A stretch of 64,000 nucleotides of DNA, taken from positions 7,349,779 to 7,413,778 of the forward strand of contig OZ199839.1 of assembly GCA_964304625.1 (NCBI GenBank), in the 5' to 3' direction. Below are positions 61,591 to 64,000 of the stretch, piece by piece. The stretch comes from Kudoa neothunni. Taxonomy: Eukaryota; Animalia; Cnidaria. The notes beneath the pieces were generated by a model that saw nothing but the letters and a program-made list of their open reading frames with translations, ran no database searches and was not told the DNA's origin. Numbering within the stretch: position 1 is the first letter of the stretch; each line of letters starts with the position of its first letter. A program made the translations under genes and the position numbers.

Positions 61591-63682
61591 TGTACACAGT
61601 TTTAACTAATCCCCGACAAACTTTGGATGATCCCGTTAGTCTGGAAAATTCGATAAATTTCTGAGAATTTCGAATGTCGAGTATTTTCGGTACGCGCACT
61701 TTAAAACCTTATTTGAGATATCCTTCTGAAGTATTAACGATGTGAAATAAGATTTCAAAATGATATTATTCATTACTGAGAGAATCGAACGATTTTCAAT
61801 CAACTTTGTTAAAGACGGAGACGAAACCGCCCAAATTGACTGTATTATTAGCACAAAATGCAATATACCATATAGATATAAACCTACGAATAGCAATTGA
61901 CAACCCCTAAATCATAATAAATTAACTTTAAGGTTAAAATTTAGATCGTTTAATCTTATTTTTCGTGATTGTATGTAAAATAATACATGATTAAATAATT
62001 TTTTCAAATATTAACTCATAATAACTAACCGTTTATCGAATTGTAGCATTAAATATGTAGTAACACGTAATGGAAGTTTTCTATTTATAAGAAATCCCCC
62101 TATTTCGGCTTTTCAATTTGTTGATATCACGCATTGAGCATTTTCAACACATTGAAGATTTTTAGAAATAATGATATTAAATATATATATGTTCTAGAGC
62201 CAACTAGAGCGATTCGGATATGATATATAGTTTGGAATGAGAAAAAATCATTAATAATACAGTTTCGCACTATATTTAACAAAAAATATTTTTTACCGTT
62301 ATCTTAAGGACCGGTTTATAACTGTTATAAACTTAACAAGGCCATAATTTCGATAATCTCAAAACCCGAACTGCCCCATGCGAAACCCATGAATATGAGT
62401 TCTTTAATGATTTTAATCTGAAATCTGTGGTTAAAGCTAATTTCGTTTGTGTTTCATGCCAAAATTGGGGCAGAACTTTTATTCGTGTAATCACAAACAC
62501 GAGCGTGAATTGTCTGATTCTTACGTCTATTAATTAGAATAAACTAGATGTTAAAAAATTAAATGAAATTTCGTTAGTCCTTATTTTTATGAATAAAATT
62601 TTATAGCTAATTTAATCGAGATTTTTTGATATAATTGGTGAAACGAAAAGTGAGAGAATGTATGAAAAATTATATTAAAAATACCCTTAATGGAATTTAG
62701 AGAGATTGTCAGCCAACAGAAAAGACAAACCGAATATTTATTTTCTACTTTTCAGAATTATAATTTTAAAGCGTAAATAGATATGACTTCTCCATTGTAA
62801 TTTGTTATAATTCATTATTAATACCTTTACGTTTCAATTCTAAGACAAAAAAGTTAATGAATCCATTGTAGAATGTCCCACAATTTATTTTTTAATTATT
62901 GAAAAGCAACTTCTGAGAAACTTTAAATATCTTCTAATCCAATATGATTAACCCTCATTATCTATCTACAGAAAGTTATGATTCAATATAATTTTACAAG
63001 TAACCACTTTTATGTTAAATTTTATTCAGAGTTATTAAACAAAATAACCCCTTATGTTGGATGCGCACGCACAGAGTAGTTTTATTTGAATAAATTTGAA
63101 TTATGTAAGAACGTAACTAAATATCATCTCGGTAACACAAGGACTGAACCGAGATTCTCTGCATTAAAAGGAGGTGGTGCCATACCGCACTGCTCTCGAC
63201 CGCATATCTATGGTTGATGGATTACACCCCTTATAATCCACACGCTACAATATCAATCAATTTTAAAATAAAAGTTTTCAGACTCCATAATATCTAATAT
63301 GTATTCATTTTACCACGCCTGAGATTTAATGAGTGGATGAGCAACGGCAAAATCATCATCAAATTTTAGGTTCTAATGATTAGATTATAATTTATAACTA
63401 TTGAGTGGGTCTGATTTTACATTTGGATTAATTTTGTGACTTTATAATGATATTTAATTTGATTAAATAATACATCTTTTAAATCATTTTTGATACTTAA
63501 TAAATTATATAGGAGTTTCCTAAGTAAAATTTCTAAGAATACACAAAAATAAAAAAATTATTCAACTTATCATAAATATTGAGTGGTACTAAATTTACAA
63601 ATTATTCAAGTTATTTAAGAAGTATTTGAGCTATTAAAAATTTAGTGTTCGGCAAAAAAATGTTGGTTGTATCAATGTAGAG

Positions 63683-63764
63683 CAGTGGTGGGCGAAATGC
63701 AGCCCTCCAAACTTTTGTGATACGTCAATGTGGCCCGCACCCCCTAAAGTTGTGACCACCACTG
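63683..63764. mobile_element. Minimal 82-bp hAT (Charlie-type) MITE
   Basis: CAGTGGTGG ... ACCACCACTG termini, internal TGTGGCCCGC motif, TSD ATGTAGAG / ATTTAGAG (7/8). Confidence 0.8.
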
Positions 63765-64000
63765 ATTTAGAGTAATCACAAGTTTTCGTGAGTATTGATC
63801 GCTGGCAATACTAATGATTACAAACAATTTCACCATTAGAAATAAGTAAAAAAATCAAATACGTATAATAACTTGAATAATAGTTTCGTGAAGAATTCTC
63901 TGTTGTTTTTGAAATTTATCATGATTAAATAAAATTCGTATGGTATAAAAAATTTTCGAAAATAGTATTTATCATGGATTTATTATAAACAAAAGGTAAA

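Noticed and set aside
63131-63202. tRNA gene on the minus strand (A-box-like start, GGTTCAGTCC B-box-like)
   Set aside because: Acceptor and T stems do not pair adequately; at best a decayed tRNA-derived SINE head. A similar weak B-box at ~51137 was also rejected.
1-64000. Prokaryotic operon, defence island or CRISPR array
   Set aside because: Genes have spliceosomal introns and eukaryote-specific products. No regularly spaced direct repeats with unique spacers were seen.

Overview
This is eukaryotic, very AT-rich genomic DNA, not prokaryotic. Host genes are broken by many very short canonical GT-AG introns (mostly about 35-65 nt) and are separated by transposon-filled spacers. Integrator, ORP9 and MIER-type genes with strongly diverged sequences suggest a compact, fast-evolving animal genome, possibly a reduced parasite (inference only). 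Six host genes can be rebuilt by hand: an OSBP-related ORP9-like lipid transfer protein (-), a divergent ferritin (-), a zf-UBP USP16/45-like deubiquitinase (+), Integrator subunit 4 (-), kinetochore SPC25 (-) and an ELM2-SANT co-repressor with a second SANT domain (-). The rest is a dense, nested set of DNA transposons. These include an apparently intact pogo/Tigger element whose transposase gene has three host-style short introns and a C-terminal PCNA-binding PIP box, inserted in a dead DD34E Tc1/IS630-like element. There is also a full-length piggyBac with only one homopolymer frameshift, an internally deleted Merlin with ~200-bp TIRs, a family of non-autonomous Helitrons, and several hAT, Tigger and TTAA-flanked MITEs, forming two multi-layer nests. 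No rRNA, credible tRNA, CRISPR array or retrotransposon ORF was found. All calls come from manual reading and motif recognition; no searches were run.
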